A stretch of DNA of 63,636 nt, counting the filler, from Rhabdomonas costata (Eukaryota): the NCBI GenBank assembly GCA_019059605.1. It is 28 parts of 28 records of this genome, joined end to end, with 100 filler letters (N's around TTAATTAATTAA, not from the genome) between each part and the next. Parts side by side here need not be neighbours in the genome. Positions count along the whole stretch, not along the records: positions 34,147 to 36,320 come from JAHMHO010005077.1; positions 36,421 to 38,593 come from JAHMHO010005078.1; positions 38,694 to 40,860 come from JAHMHO010005079.1; positions 40,961 to 43,133 come from JAHMHO010005080.1; positions 43,234 to 45,406 come from JAHMHO010005081.1; positions 45,507 to 47,679 come from JAHMHO010005082.1; positions 47,780 to 49,951 come from JAHMHO010005083.1; 21 more parts are not named here. One strand, 5' to 3'. Position 1 is the stretch's first letter; the number at the start of each line of letters is the position of its first letter. Positions 35,288 through 48,335 of this stretch are shown in pieces. A program made the position numbers and the translations under genes. The notes below the pieces were generated by a model that worked only from the letters and a program-made list of their open reading frames with translations, did not search any database and was not told the DNA's origin.

Positions 35288-36172
35288 GTGCGTTGGGTTT
35301 TGGGTGGCCTGCTGTGCGTAGCTGATCTTCAGCTTGGCCTGTCTGACTGCCTCTTCTCTCCGTGGTTCCATTCTTTGTTTGCCGTCCCTTGTGTGTGACT
35401 TGCTTCTTTTTCCTCTGCTGGGCTTCCGCTACTCACGGCTTTGGACTTTACGTAGCACTGTCTGCACCGCTGATGCACGGGGGAAGAGCGCGAGGGTAAA
35501 CACAATTTTGCCTTCAGCAAAAAAGCCTCTGCTCTCTGTATTCTTTCACTAAACCGAGCTTCCAGCAGAGTTGAAACCAGTGCCTCACCATAAGCAACTC
35601 TCCATTCAAAAGGATGAATTCAGAAGAAAGCAAAAAACAAAACCCACACCTGAAAAACGTCACAGAGGCACATAAAAAGAGAAGGTCACCCAAAGAGAAG
35701 CCGAATTTTTGTGATAGAAGTGATTTTCCTTTTTGAGGGCTCTCTCTGCTTTCTGGGGATACTTCGTCCACACACTTTTCTTTGCAGACGAGCAAGCTCC
35801 GCAGCCGCAGCATGCCCGAACGGACTTCTTCTTCTTCCCTTGGAAGTGACGAGCACAGTATGCCTCTTGTGTGTGCGCCCTGATCCTTTCCCTCGAAACA
35901 ATCTGGGAACATTCGGAACCGATGCATACATTCTGCAGAAGGCGACTCTTGTAACAACAGGGGCATGCGTAAGACACACGTCAGACGGGCTGGTACCCTG
36001 CTCCCTGCACCCCTGTGAAAATAATGGACGTGCTCGGCTAAGGTACTGTCGCTCCAACCTCAATAAAGGAAAAAATCACTACTCCACCCCCATAGATCTA
36101 AGTCAAAAATGCCCTTAAAAGAGCCACAATGGGACCACGAAGGGGCTCTTTTAAGGAAGGACTCCGAGGCCG

Positions 36173-36299
36173 GGAAGCGGCCAACCAACAACCAACTCAT
36201 CTCAGGGGTACTACCAATAATGAGCCCCAACCCGTCACTCTAGGTCCGGTCCGGGAATGTCACCCAGCGAATAGGGCGAGGTTTTGGGCCGAAGTCAGT
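36173..36299 (-). repeat. Dispersed repeat family A, copy 1 (others at 37271-37421 + and ~63233-63385 +)
   Basis: Shared collinear blocks: actgacttcggcccaaaacc (copies 1 and 2 only), gctgggtga, ggaccgga, cgggt.gg..ctc.t..ttggt.gt and ttggccgcttcc. Confidence 0.8.
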
Positions 36300-36426
36300 G
36301 GTCCTACCCCCACCAACCACNNNNNNNNNNNNNNNNNNNNNNNNNNNNNNNNNNNNNNNNNNNNTTAATTAATTAANNNNNNNNNNNNNNNNNNNNNNNN
36401 NNNNNNNNNNNNNNNNNNNNGGTTTT

Positions 36427-38584
36427 TGTGGAATAAGGAGTGAATGACAAGGCAACTGTGTCTGTCTGTTTCTCTGGATGCGTGAGCCTATCGCCGCCTA
36501 TCTTTTTGCTCACCCCTTTCCATGCGCCACACTCCTTCATTTTATCTGCTGCTCCAGGCACCTCTGGAAATGTCAGCGCCGGGGCGGCGGGCGATGAAGA
36601 CGACTCTGGCGAGGACTAATCAGAAAGTAGGACCGGTGGCAAGAGGCCTCTTGCAAGGCCCCCCCACCATCAGTCCCGTGGTTGGTTCTGTTTGGACGGT
36701 TTTCCTTTTGTTCTGTGGATGTGTCTGACGCAGCAAGCTTTTGTGTGCCGTCACAGATCGGTTGCGTTGAGAAGCAGAGAAGGAGGCGTTATTTCATCAC
36801 TACTGCATCACTTGGGCTTTTTTCAGAGAATGAAGCACAGCAAAAATACGAAGGCTTCCGAAATAAGAATTTAACAGCTGGTTGCATTGCCGCTAACGAG
36901 TTACGCTGCGAACCTTCGAACTTTTCTACCCAAGTTTTGACCACCCGGGTTTGTTGCTTTGTGGTGATACAAGATTGTCTCGTGGCAGTCGGCGCTGCGC
37001 ATTTCTTGATACTGCTCCTTCATAATTTTCGGTTCCTCCGTTGATCAATTTGTCGGGACTATCAGGACTTCTCCTGCAGCGTCCTTGTGCGTTCATGAAT
37101 TTCAAAACCGGAACAGTTGGGAACCTGGTTTCGGGGAACCCCCCTTGTGCCAATCGCCTTTGGGTGTGAGTTGCCTGTCTTTGTTTTAGTTCTGCGTGTT
37201 TGGTGTTGCCCCATTGGTTCTTGACCGCGGTGCGTTCCAGCCGCCTGGAACCTCACCAATCGTCGGGGGAACTGACTTCGGCCCAAAACCCCGCGGTATA
37301 CGCTGGGTGACATGGACCGAATCGGACCGGACGGTGATCCAACATTGCCCTCCGAAATCGCCCTCGCGTGCGGGTCGGGCCTCATACTTGGTGGTCCTCC
37401 TCGCTTGAATTGGCCGCTTCCTTAACTTAAATCTACGCCCATCAAATCCCTTTTTGGACCCTTTTTCGTCCATTTTCGACCTTCAAGGGCCTGGGTGCAC
37501 TTTTTGGCCCTTTGCCGGCCAGCCCGCTGACCCAAAGCTTTCGGCCGGGGCTTAGCATCCCCGATAGTCTGCTGGAGCCCTTAATGCTGGCGGAATGCTT
37601 CGGTTCAAAACCACCCCATAGATCATTTCAGGCCGTTTTGGGTTGTTTTTCGGTCCTCTTTGCCTTTGCCTGCCTGCGTACTGATGAAAGAGAGGACATG
37701 GAGGCTGGCGTTCAACGCTGTGCTGTGTGTGTTAAATGGTTGTTCCTCATGTTCCTTTTTCTCCGCGACTTTTTTCCTTCCGATTAGCGCCTGCCACGAT
37801 TACTTGCCACCCCTCGGGCCCATCATACCCGGTCGTCGATGGCTAAAATTAAAAAATTACCCACAAAATTTGTTCCAGGTTAACTTCAACGATTTGTTCA
37901 GGTTTCATATCATACGCCGTGGCGTCTTAAAACTTTGCTGTGGACAACAGCGTCAATCTCATCCCCCTGCCGAATTTAAATGGATGTCGAACTCGGTGTT
38001 GAGATACACGCTCACGTTCCCTTGGGCCCTCGAGATCAGCCCCAAGTTCCGCTTCGACCGCAGCCAGGATACAACTGCCGGTCTGTGCAGGGATGCAGCA
38101 TTCATTGTGTTGTTTTGTCATTTTATCTCTTTTTGTCTCTGGTTCTGATGGATGTTGACCCTGCCCTGGGGAACTGTGAAAGGCCCCCGGGGGGGGGCTT
38201 TTATGAAGACCATTCACCCGTTTTTTTTTCGGCGCGCTGACGGCCCTTTCACTTCCTCTCGGGGGAGTTGTCATTGAAACATTTTGATCTACAAATGGAC
38301 ATGACGACAGAGAAAGGGCGGCTGGTTAAAACTAGACCTCTCGGCTTCTCCAGCGAAGCATGAAAGCACCTTTTGACGGTTTGAAGTTGTGTTACCAAGA
38401 GGCCACAAGGAAATAAGCAGCAGTGTTACATGGTTGTGAGCAGTAGTTGGACTTGGTATGGCGGTTGGGTGGAAAAGGGGTGACTTCTTTGTGTGGAATA
38501 AGGAGTGAATGACAAGGCAACTGTGTCTGTCTGTTTCTCTGGATGCGTGAGCCTATCGCCGCCTATCTTTTTGCTCACCCCTTT
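36427..38584. repeat. Terminally redundant contig: ~93-bp direct repeat at both ends (period 2065 bp)
   Basis: 36427-36519 equals 38492-38584 (tgtggaataaggagtgaatgacaagg...tttttgctcaccccttt). Confidence 0.9.
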
Positions 38585-39721
38585 TCCACACAANNNNNNN
38601 NNNNNNNNNNNNNNNNNNNNNNNNNNNNNNNNNNNNNTTAATTAATTAANNNNNNNNNNNNNNNNNNNNNNNNNNNNNNNNNNNNNNNNNNNNCGGCATG
38701 GCAAAATCAACTTGTGGCTATAAATGGAGGTGGGAGGGGGGGGGGCGGAAAAACGAGCGTGTGAGCGTGTGGAAACTAAGACGCCTCGCTCGGCGTCATT
38801 TATGCGAACGCGGGAAAAGAGGGGAGTAGAAAAACCTGCCAAAAAGAAAAAGCAAAGACACTGAGCGTAGAGAGCAGAGTGATTGGATCGTTTGAATTTT
38901 ACCCCTTTCACTGCATCTGGTCAATTCAAGCGAGTGCAGCCCGAGGAAAGTGAGAGTTAGTAGTGGGCTCAAGCAAAACGCCAAGCCAAAAACAGAGCCT
39001 GTGCTGCCACCTTTATATAAGTAATTGACATATGATTTGCGATTGTACTCCGGTTCATCCGCTTCCGCTGCATTCTTCCTGCCCGTTTTAGATCTGGGAG
39101 AGGCTCACAGTGAACGACGGTATCTGCAGGTCATCTCCGAAAATACTGCAAATGCGAACTCCGCTGAAAAATGACGCCGTTACCAGATCACTTTGTTGTG
39201 GAGCGCAAGGCTGGGGTTGCTTGCGCATCCAAATAACTACGGCCATTCAGTTTCTTGAGTGGAAGGGAGGCGAAAGCCAGGTAAACGTGATTAAACGGAT
39301 TTGCAGACAACTTTTCGCGACATCCCTCTTTGCCAGGGTAGAACTGAGACTTCTCAGGGAAAACGATCAAAACTTTCCTAACTCATTGTCGCGACCATAT
39401 GAGGCGCCGTAAACAAAAAAAACAGAAGCACACTCACTCCCCCACACAGGCAAAAGGAGGACACTAATGAACAAGAGGGAGAACACAACAATATTGCCAC
39501 ACCATTGGTTGTTCACGCAGAAGCAGCAAAGAATGTAAGTGTGACTTGGAAGGGGCAAGCAGGGGGCCAGTCGCCACAGTCACAGCGGGTGGGGAACACT
39601 GCGGAGGCACGCCATTCAGGGGCGTCGTCGGCAAACTACCCCCACACACACAACGCGGGAAGAGACAGAAGCACCGAGCCTCAGAAGGGAACGTCTTAAG
39701 TGGTGCCTTCTTATTTGTTTT

Positions 39722-39803
39722 TGTTTTTATTATTATTGTTGTTATTGTTATTATTGTTACTATTATTATTATTGTTATTATTGTTAGTGTTGTTCTTATT
39801 ATT
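39722..39803. repeat. (ATT/GTT)n trinucleotide microsatellite
   Basis: Direct reading. Confidence 0.9.
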
Positions 39804-41520
39804 GGGTCGGCGTGCCGCGAAGGGTCCGATCACACGTTCTGAGATTTTTTCAGCAGGTGGTTCGAAAAGGCCCAACAGCTGAGCAAGGAATCAGTCAAGC
39901 GAAGCACCCGAAAGTCGGAGTCCAAGAGCGTACTTATTACATATGTGATCTATCGGCGTGGCTGAAAGTGATGTTGTTTTACGCAAGGACAGCAGAACTT
40001 TACGGCAGTCCATGGAACAAAGAGTTTATGCGCTCGAATAAGTTTCTTTCAGTCATGACGAGGACTTTCGGTTGGACTTCCACATATTCCGAGAAATTTT
40101 GGCAATCCGACGCAATCCCCAGAAGACCGCTGCCACCGAAAACTCAAAGCTCGCAACATTACAGCAAAACAAAACCCCACACACTTATGCAAACAAACTC
40201 CTCCAGAGAGAAGGTGTCACGCAAGCACCCCAACAAAGAAGGGGAGAGCAACGAGAAGACCAGCATGGGGCAGTGGTCCTATTCTGGCCGGGAGTTGATC
40301 GGAAGATGGTCGTACAGGGGCAGACGGCTTGATGGATGAGAAAGACAGGGGGGGGGATCACTTATCGCATCAGACGGTGGGCCAAGGAGCCCTCCATGCC
40401 CCACTGAGGGGCGGTTCCGGCGTAGGGCGCGGGCACCACTTCGTCGACGTACTCCTCATAGTGGTGGTGACTGGGCAAGGGTTGTGTGGCAGCGTGGTTC
40501 GGTCACCAGAAGGTGCAAAAAAAATGTCAAATATGCGCCACTTGATATCAAAAGTGACAGTCCAATCAAGAAAACTCGGGAAACAACAACGATGCAAACT
40601 GGGAACCCCAGCGCCCCCATTTGTCTTCAATTTCAAGTTCATATTTCATTTTTCCTCCATTTTTGGTCCTTAAACCCGAAAGGTCGCTTTAAGGCGATGT
40701 AGGAATTCACACTTCACAATTCACACCGATCTGTGCCTGCACGTATTCGCCACAGGGCGCGGCGAGTGTTGCATATCAGATGCTTTGGCTTCATGGATGG
40801 ACAGTGCTTCAGTGAAGGCTCGAGGGATCCAAAAAAAAACACAGATACTCCCAAAAAACCNNNNNNNNNNNNNNNNNNNNNNNNNNNNNNNNNNNNNNNN
40901 NNNNTTAATTAATTAANNNNNNNNNNNNNNNNNNNNNNNNNNNNNNNNNNNNNNNNNNNNGTTGTGGCAGCCAATCCAAAGGGCCGAAACCCCGGACCAA
41001 TTCTAGGGAAACAATTCAGGACCCGTGGTTGGCATGCTCAAAAGCGGAATAACTCCCTGGAAGGAGGAAGGCCACAAAGACGTAAAGGAACCGGTTCCCG
41101 GGCGGCCTGAAATGATAGGGCTGGATTTTGCACGGGAAGCAATCATGGCCACCTTTTTGGCGCACGCAATCGACATTATTAATTAATAGCGATTTTCCCT
41201 AGGCGATTCTAAATTGCCACATCATTCTCCATCCCCACATCATTCTCCATCCCGAAAGGAAAAATGAAAAATACACTCGAACACACTCATTCACAAAAAC
41301 GTTGGGCACGCTTTCGTCAAGTAACGCTGCCCCAAGAAGAGGAAGGCGGTGAAATTCCGATCAAGCTGCAGTCTCCGGTGCAAAGGAAACTAAAGTACAA
41401 AGCACAAGTGCAAAGTCCAGGAGTGCAAACATCTCCGGAGTCTCGTTCATGGCACCATCCCAACCCTAACCCAAACCAATGGAACTGGGAACAAGAGAGG
41501 ATCCCTGGAGAAAACTCGCC

Positions 41521-42848
41521 TCACTGAAAGAGTGCTCCATTGCGGTCGTCAGCGGGGGCGGCAATAATACGGCCCTCGACCACCGGGTGGAGCTTCCAGA
41601 TCTCGGTAAGAATGTGCCCCTGGCTGTCCGCTGCAGGCAAAGTGGCTCTAGTTTCATTGGAAGCCTCGGTGCTTTGTGGAAGGGATTCGGCCGAGATATG
41701 CGCGGTGAGCGAGTCAAGCGTGTGACGCCTTCTCATCAGTGCCGCCTGCAGGCGAGCAGTGAGAGCCTCCCCCGGCTTTCGGGTCAGCGTCCATGCTGTC
41801 GAAAATCCCCAAGGTGGAGGAAATAAAGTCAATTGTGAAAATGCTGAGGGGGCAGGGTGGGGGGGTGTGCACAGAAAATTTACGAGCCAATGCGATAGGC
41901 GTCGGCTCCATTCGGAAATGCGAAAAAGAACTTTTGAGCGTGCGATTACGGTTTCCTGAATGCACGTTTGAACTGAAACGAAAAAGTAGTTCCCTCGCCG
42001 TGCTAACAGCGCCAACTTTAGAGTGAGACCCTCTTGCTTTTTTTTTTCGCGCTTTGGCACTTGCTTCCAAAAGTAAACAAGAGCGATAAAGGACGCACCT
42101 TTGACGACTTCCAGGGCCTGAAAGTGGTTCCTCAGCAGGCTCAGCAGCGGGGGCAGGCGCGACGGTGGGACCAAAACCTTCGCATCCTTGAGCACCTCGT
42201 AGCCACGCTGGGCCCCGAGGAAGAAACAAAAAGAGTTGGTGTGGTTCAGAGGCAGGGAAAGAGACGGGGGTCAGAGTCAGAAGCACCCCTCAAATACTGT
42301 TACAGCTAGGTAATCCAGAGTTGCACCGATCTCAAATTGCAATGGGGGGGGTGCTCACTGTTCAATTCAATTCAATTCAATTCAATTCAATTCAATTCAA
42401 TTCAATTCAATTCAACGTTTAATTTGACCAGTTCAAGTCCAAACTCGATGATCCATGATCCAGCTCAATGTGACCAGTTCAAAGTTCAGTTCAATTCAAT
42501 TCAAAGTTCAATGAAACCCTGAGTAATCACCACAGAGGTTGAGACAGGAGCGTATGACAAAATACAGCGGACCTCCCCTTGGGCCAGGGCGACTGTGGTG
42601 GCCACGGCGTAGCACTGGTTGGGCTGCAGCGGGGCCAGGGGCTCCCCTGCGGCAGTGCTGCCCCGAAGGACCCGCTCCCCGGGCTCCTGCCCTGGGTCGA
42701 ACTGGACCCGCAGCCCGGACACGCACGGAAAGCACACCGTGGGCATGGGGTAGCTTGCTAGGCCCGCCTCCAGGGCGGAAACAAGCTGCACCCCAGAAAG
42801 CTCAAGCACCACTACCTCCACCGGAGTCGGGAACAACACCATCATATC
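41521..42848 (-). CDS. 5'-nucleotidase/apyrase family C-terminal domain, exons 42848-42573, 42207-42099, 41795-41521 (stop)
   Basis: DMMVLFPTPVEVVVLELSGVQLVSALEAGLASYP...FPCVSGLRVQFDPGQEPGERV...YAVATTVALAQGE|RGYEVLKDAKVLV...LLRNHF...|...LHPVVEGRII. Phases match (0, 1). Confidence 0.85.
42361..42416. repeat. (TTCAA)n pentanucleotide microsatellite, intronic
   Basis: About 11 tandem TTCAA units, with degenerate copies continuing to ~42510. Confidence 0.95.
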
Positions 42849-43555
42849 CTGTTTGCCACCACACCCACGGATCAAATCTTTCAGAAGAGGAAGAGACCAC
42901 GGAAACCAATCAACTCACAGACAGCGCAAACGAGCCTGCATAGGAATGCTGTGGGCGTTTCTGCCCCTTCCTGACTCGACCATTCGATCTGTTTCCAAAG
43001 TAACTTCACGACGGAAGTTGCCGAAGGGAGGAAATGACCGAAAGGACCTTTTGTATCCTTTCCGGCTGCGGCCAGAACATTGCAATCCTCTACCCCACCC
43101 GTGTATTGTGGAGAGGTCGCCATACCCACACAANNNNNNNNNNNNNNNNNNNNNNNNNNNNNNNNNNNNNNNNNNNNTTAATTAATTAANNNNNNNNNNN
43201 NNNNNNNNNNNNNNNNNNNNNNNNNNNNNNNNNGTGTTGGGTGTTTGGGGAATTAGGCCTGCGATTTCACGTGTCCCATGGGATTCCAATAAAAAGAGTT
43301 GCAGGGGGGTAATCTTTGCGATGCGCATGTCCTCTGCCATCCCAATAGAAGCTTTGCAGCGGGTCAGGATCGCGATGCACCACTTCAATATGGTTACGAT
43401 GGACTGGCCTCGAGGATAAACTTGATCCTAGACCAGGCCGCAGGAAAGTCTATGCCTATAGCACGTTCTGTTTTTCTTCAAAGAATCCGGCTGGTGCAGC
43501 ATCCCTTCCCTTTCCCAAAGATGCCAAAAGGTGGGATGTCAAGCTCAGCGCAAAC

Positions 43556-43960
43556 CTCGAAGGCCCCGGGGTTCTTCTTGGCCTCCCGGCTGGCCTTGTT
43601 GCACAGCCTATACACGGGAACCTCCATCGTGTACGCCGTGATGGCGGGGTAGCTTTTTCCGGCAATGGTCTTCGCCTTGCTCTCTTCCTCCACAAGTCTC
43701 AGCAGGGTGGTCATGCCCACTCGCCGTGCATCCCTCCATTCCACCGCGGTCTCCAACGTGGGGAAGTCGTTGGGGGGCCGGTTGAGCTCCAGCGGGTGCT
43801 TCTCCTCATAGTGTGCCACGGGGCAGGTGTCGGAGGTGGCACGGTGGCAGTGCGGGCACAGCCAGTATGTTGTCCCCGGGACTTGAGCCAGCCAGTCCGC
43901 CCAGAGGTGGCCCTTGAAGGCCTCCTCTACGGAATGCACCTTCGAGTTTAGTATGTTTCG
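43556..43960 (-). CDS. Hypothetical protein exon with C2H2-like finger and ADP-ribosyltransferase-like N-terminal motif
   Basis: WLCPHC-x11-HYEEKH, then PAITAYTMEVPVYRLCNKASRE, which resembles the ART motif AI..YT.E...Y..LN..LR. GC-rich codons; candidate GT donor at 43555. Confidence 0.45.
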
Positions 43961-46900
43961 GATGCGCAAGCTTTGCACTTGAATCTGCCAGCGATTTTGC
44001 GAATACAACGAGGCCAACAAGGCAATATTTTGGAATGGTTGTAGCTGAGCTACTTCAAAAGGAATGTGCTCTGAAGCGGGAGGCTGGCCACAGCCGCATA
44101 TCCAATGGCAACACCATTCCTGGTGCGAGTAATAATGGGGCGGGTTTGATTTCATTTTTGAAGGTTCACAGTGAACATTTCCGAACACTTCCGGTCCGCT
44201 GTATATCTTCACTGTTAGCGGTAACCCACGTCACCATTCTCTGTTTTCTGTCCTGGAACAGCATTTCTTTCATTCCCTTCTTTCCAGCGGGTCCAAGTGT
44301 CCGAAGTGTTGTGTTTCGAAACGTCGCTTTGGAGATCTGGCGATCTGGGGCTTCCTAAAAAGGCATTATCATACAGATTTGCTTTCTTTGATCGCTGAAG
44401 GAACTTTCGAATTTTTTTTGAACTTCTGGACCGCAAAATATCCACATGCGTGACTTGAGCTGAGGGATGCTTGTAAGATATATCCGATGGCTGACCTTGG
44501 AGAGACCAAAACCTCTCCATATTACAAACAGAGCCCACATAGCATCTCTACAGATGTGCCAGGAGCGTTCCGTTGGGACCTGTGCCCACTCCTCCGTCTA
44601 CGTACACCAGGTGCTTTTTTCGCCTTCCGAGGAGGTCGTTCCCAACTATGTCACGAGGCGAGAGCAGAAGAATATAGCGAGCCTCTTTGCCGTCCAGCTG
44701 CAGAAAGACAGGATCTTCAAAGTAAGGGCGGCGGCAAGGAGCATTACCACAGGGAGGTTGCTGAAGTCATGGAGTTTGCCGTCGTCCACCACGTCGACCC
44801 CGTCCTGGATGCGGTTCTTGGGCTTTTTCTTCTCCGAGGGCTGCGGGTCTGCGCTGGGATGGTCCAAGCCCCCCGCTTCTCGGGCAACCTGAAGCGCCAT
44901 GGTTCTCACCTGAGAGAAGTGTGCGTGTGTGGAATCCCACGTGATCGATTGCATCTGGGCTACGCGCCTGGCCCTGTGGCAGGGCAGATCTTCCTCACGA
45001 CGGAGACTTAGAGGCTCGGACATGACAGAGACAGAGGGAGAGACGCTAATGACTGTAACTACCCGTCTAGGAGGGCCGGCAAAAGGGCAATTATGTCCCG
45101 CCCCCCCCAACCCACTGTAACGCGCACATGCATGCCCAACAAATCAAAGCACCTAGGTTCTTGTGCCCTGGAGCGCTCCGCGCCTCATGAAATCTAACCG
45201 ATTTCCTCAATTACCTCCCTTGTTCCTCATCATCCCATTTGACTTCGTTTTTATATTAAATTTGAAAACTATGTTTTTTAAATAATCAGTACTGATCCTA
45301 CCAGTACTAGAGATTTGCTACCTAAATACTCTGTCCATGGCGTTCTATCAGGGTCGGAAACCTCCACCAGGCTTTTCTAATTACACCAAGTAATTACACC
45401 AAAACANNNNNNNNNNNNNNNNNNNNNNNNNNNNNNNNNNNNNNNNNNNNTTAATTAATTAANNNNNNNNNNNNNNNNNNNNNNNNNNNNNNNNNNNNNN
45501 NNNNNNGTTTGTGTGTCTGTGTCTCTTTCCGTTGACCTGGTCAACGGAAAGAGACACAGACACACATACGCACACGACGTCAACGGAGGCAGGGACCCCT
45601 TCCGATCCTTTAGAAATAAACATCAAAGCGGAGAAACATAAAGAGAACAGTGGCAAAACCTGAGACTGGCAGCCCCCAGGATTCTTGGCCGACGCATGTT
45701 TTGCAAAGGTCGCGGAAGAAAATGATTCCCCCGCGCGGAGTATGCCCACTTTGAATACCGTTGCGCCATCGGAAGTGTTGGTAAGTGATTTGCGCTTGTT
45801 CAGCAAAAATGGGCGTTCAGGATGGAAAAAGATGTAACGAAGGAACAATGCCGGGATGAAATTACCGTAATTGTTCTTATATAACCTCACCGTCGTTCCC
45901 ATTGGCACGTAACGAAGTAACTACTGAAGTCCAATCTTTATGTATCAATCTAATTTAATCTATCTAATCTAAACTTTCGCGGCTATTGCGAAACTGCACA
46001 TCACTTGCTCAATTCGATTTTTTCAATCTGAATTTTCTCGACGACTCTAGACCAGTCGACCAAAAATCCCAAGCAGCAAAAAAAAACAGGCTAAGGCAAA
46101 ACGCTTGCACGTGAGAAATGGGGAAGGTTGTCCTGTGGAGTGAAAAAAGCATCTGGTGGGGTTTTTCTTTCACCCCTTAGCGCGGTGTGGCCTGCACAGG
46201 GAGGCCCTTAGCCCTCCGGCCCACCGGTAGCTTGTGTGTTGTGTGCCCTGCAAGGGCAGCCCTCGCACCGCCCGTCGGGACCGCAAGTGCATCGAGCCAC
46301 CACGCCGTTTCCTTCCACGGGCAGAAAACTGCCGAACGAAGGATCCGTTGACATAATGGCAGAAAAAACTGTGGGACAGAAACGGGGGAGCCCCAGAAAA
46401 AAATCGACCCATCGAAAGCAGGCCCGCATCTGGGAACTCTTCCCCGTCACCCAAGAATGTTCAGCTATGACCGGCTCTGGTCCCGCCCCTTCCCACTCCC
46501 TTACGTGGTGATAGTGAGGACTCACTCGCTTTCACATTCGAAACAAAAACCGGAAGAACTCTCCCTAGACCGATCTTACTTTCCGTCAACACTTAGATTT
46601 GCATTTTTGGCATCACTCTCACTTTCAGCGTCCTGGATAAAAAGAATTCGTCTCGTCATGTTTTCCCAACTGAAAATCCGTTTCCAGTTGCCTATCCAGC
46701 CAGTAATAGGGCCTTATTGTGGGCAGTTTTCCTCGAAAACTTTAAGCCTTTGCATTAATTTTGGTCGTTTTGCCCAAGACGGGACCATTGTAATCTTTGG
46801 GGGGGGGGGCGTTAAACGTTTGGCACACGTTTTCGGCTTTTTTAGGTTTGCGGGCTTTGCAATTTGAATTGCCGTTTTTATTATTATTTTGGTTGCGGAG

Positions 46901-48335
46901 GCCTGTCAGCGGCACGGCCGGATGTTCCATGGGAGTGGCATTGCTCCGTTCAACACTGCTAAACTAGTAGCAGTGCCAAACGACCGAATCGGACATTTCT
47001 GAGGGATGTTAATTTTTTGGGGGCACAGGAGTAAGTGACTGTGTCAAATATCTGTAAACGCATTCGACAAAGCTTCATTTGAAAAAGCATTTATGTTGGC
47101 AAAATGCTAGGTATGCTGCTTCCCCCACAGACAAATTTTAATAAAAGTGGGCATACCAAATTAAGTCAGTCTAGCGGTGCTGCACGTTTGACAGCCCACC
47201 CCCCCGCACACAGAAAATACCAGAGGCAACCAGCCCCTGCATCGTTCATTTGTCGAGACATTCATGCTCCGTGCAAATGCTCCGTGGCTTTTCCATGCAA
47301 TCTGCTAGAATCATCCAACCACAATTTTAACCACAAAAACAAATTTATCTTGAGGAAATGATTCCTTTTCATTGGTTTTCAGAACTCCCATTTCAACGCC
47401 CATACCTAAAACCTCCCCGGGAGCCAAAAGCCAACTCTTGCACTTCTCCGCACGAAGTTCTGCAGACCTGTGCGAGCATGCTTCGCCGGTAGGCAACGCC
47501 GGCGGGCGAAACAGTGCTCACACAGCTCTTTCAAATGGCAAAAACTCTCTTCCTTAAATCATAGAAGGAAGGTCCACGAAAAAAAGGGGGGCGCAGCACA
47601 CGGCGCGACGCAAGCACGTGAGAGGGGCAAACAAACGGTTTGAGCGCCGAGCAACGCCGCTGGGCGGGAACAACCCAACNNNNNNNNNNNNNNNNNNNNN
47701 NNNNNNNNNNNNNNNNNNNNNNNTTAATTAATTAANNNNNNNNNNNNNNNNNNNNNNNNNNNNNNNNNNNNNNNNNNNNCGTCCGAGCCGTGTGCGGGCC
47801 GCACGAAACGTGGTTCACACAGGTGCTACGCACGGGGGGAGGGGGGTTGAAGGTTGACAGCTCTCACTCTGTTGGGGCATTCATTTGTAAAGACCCATAC
47901 CCATACAAACACGTCGCCATTGGGTCATGGTATGCTGAGCGTGTTGTCGTAGAATTGAACCGTGAGAATTCAACCTTTTATCTGTGCGCCTCTAAAGAGC
48001 AATTCAGATGCCATCGTGATTCAACCGAGTGGTATGCGAAGGTCTCCTGAACGTCGCTCTTTGCTCAATTAGGTCAGATTCATAATCGTTATGACAGTAG
48101 GCGGCACCTGCCAAACACAAACCAAGGCCGCATCTGCGAAAGCAGAAGCGGACGTGATGCGCTGTGCGACCTGGCACACAACATCGTATAGCTTCGCGTA
48201 CGCCTTCCCTTTCTTGCTCCACACTTAGGTCAAGTGATTCCGGTGCTGTGCGGTTGCCCACCGTTTCGCTTGATAGCGTAAACCCGAGAATATTATCGTT
48301 CTTTTTGACTTTCGCAGTCGCTTTTGGGGTGGCAG

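Noticed and set aside
37681..37700. CTGATGA motif suggesting a hammerhead ribozyme or box C/D snoRNA in the self-closing contig
   Set aside because: I could not find the stem II plus GAAA core, or a terminal stem with a properly placed D box.
38212..38235. T-run followed by CGG resembling the end of a euglenid spliced-leader exon
   Set aside because: The upstream bases do not match the spliced-leader sequence as I recall it, and no GT donor follows.
39546..39882. ORFs with poly-Leu/Ile/Val 'transmembrane' segments
   Set aside because: They are translations of the (ATT/GTT)n microsatellite.
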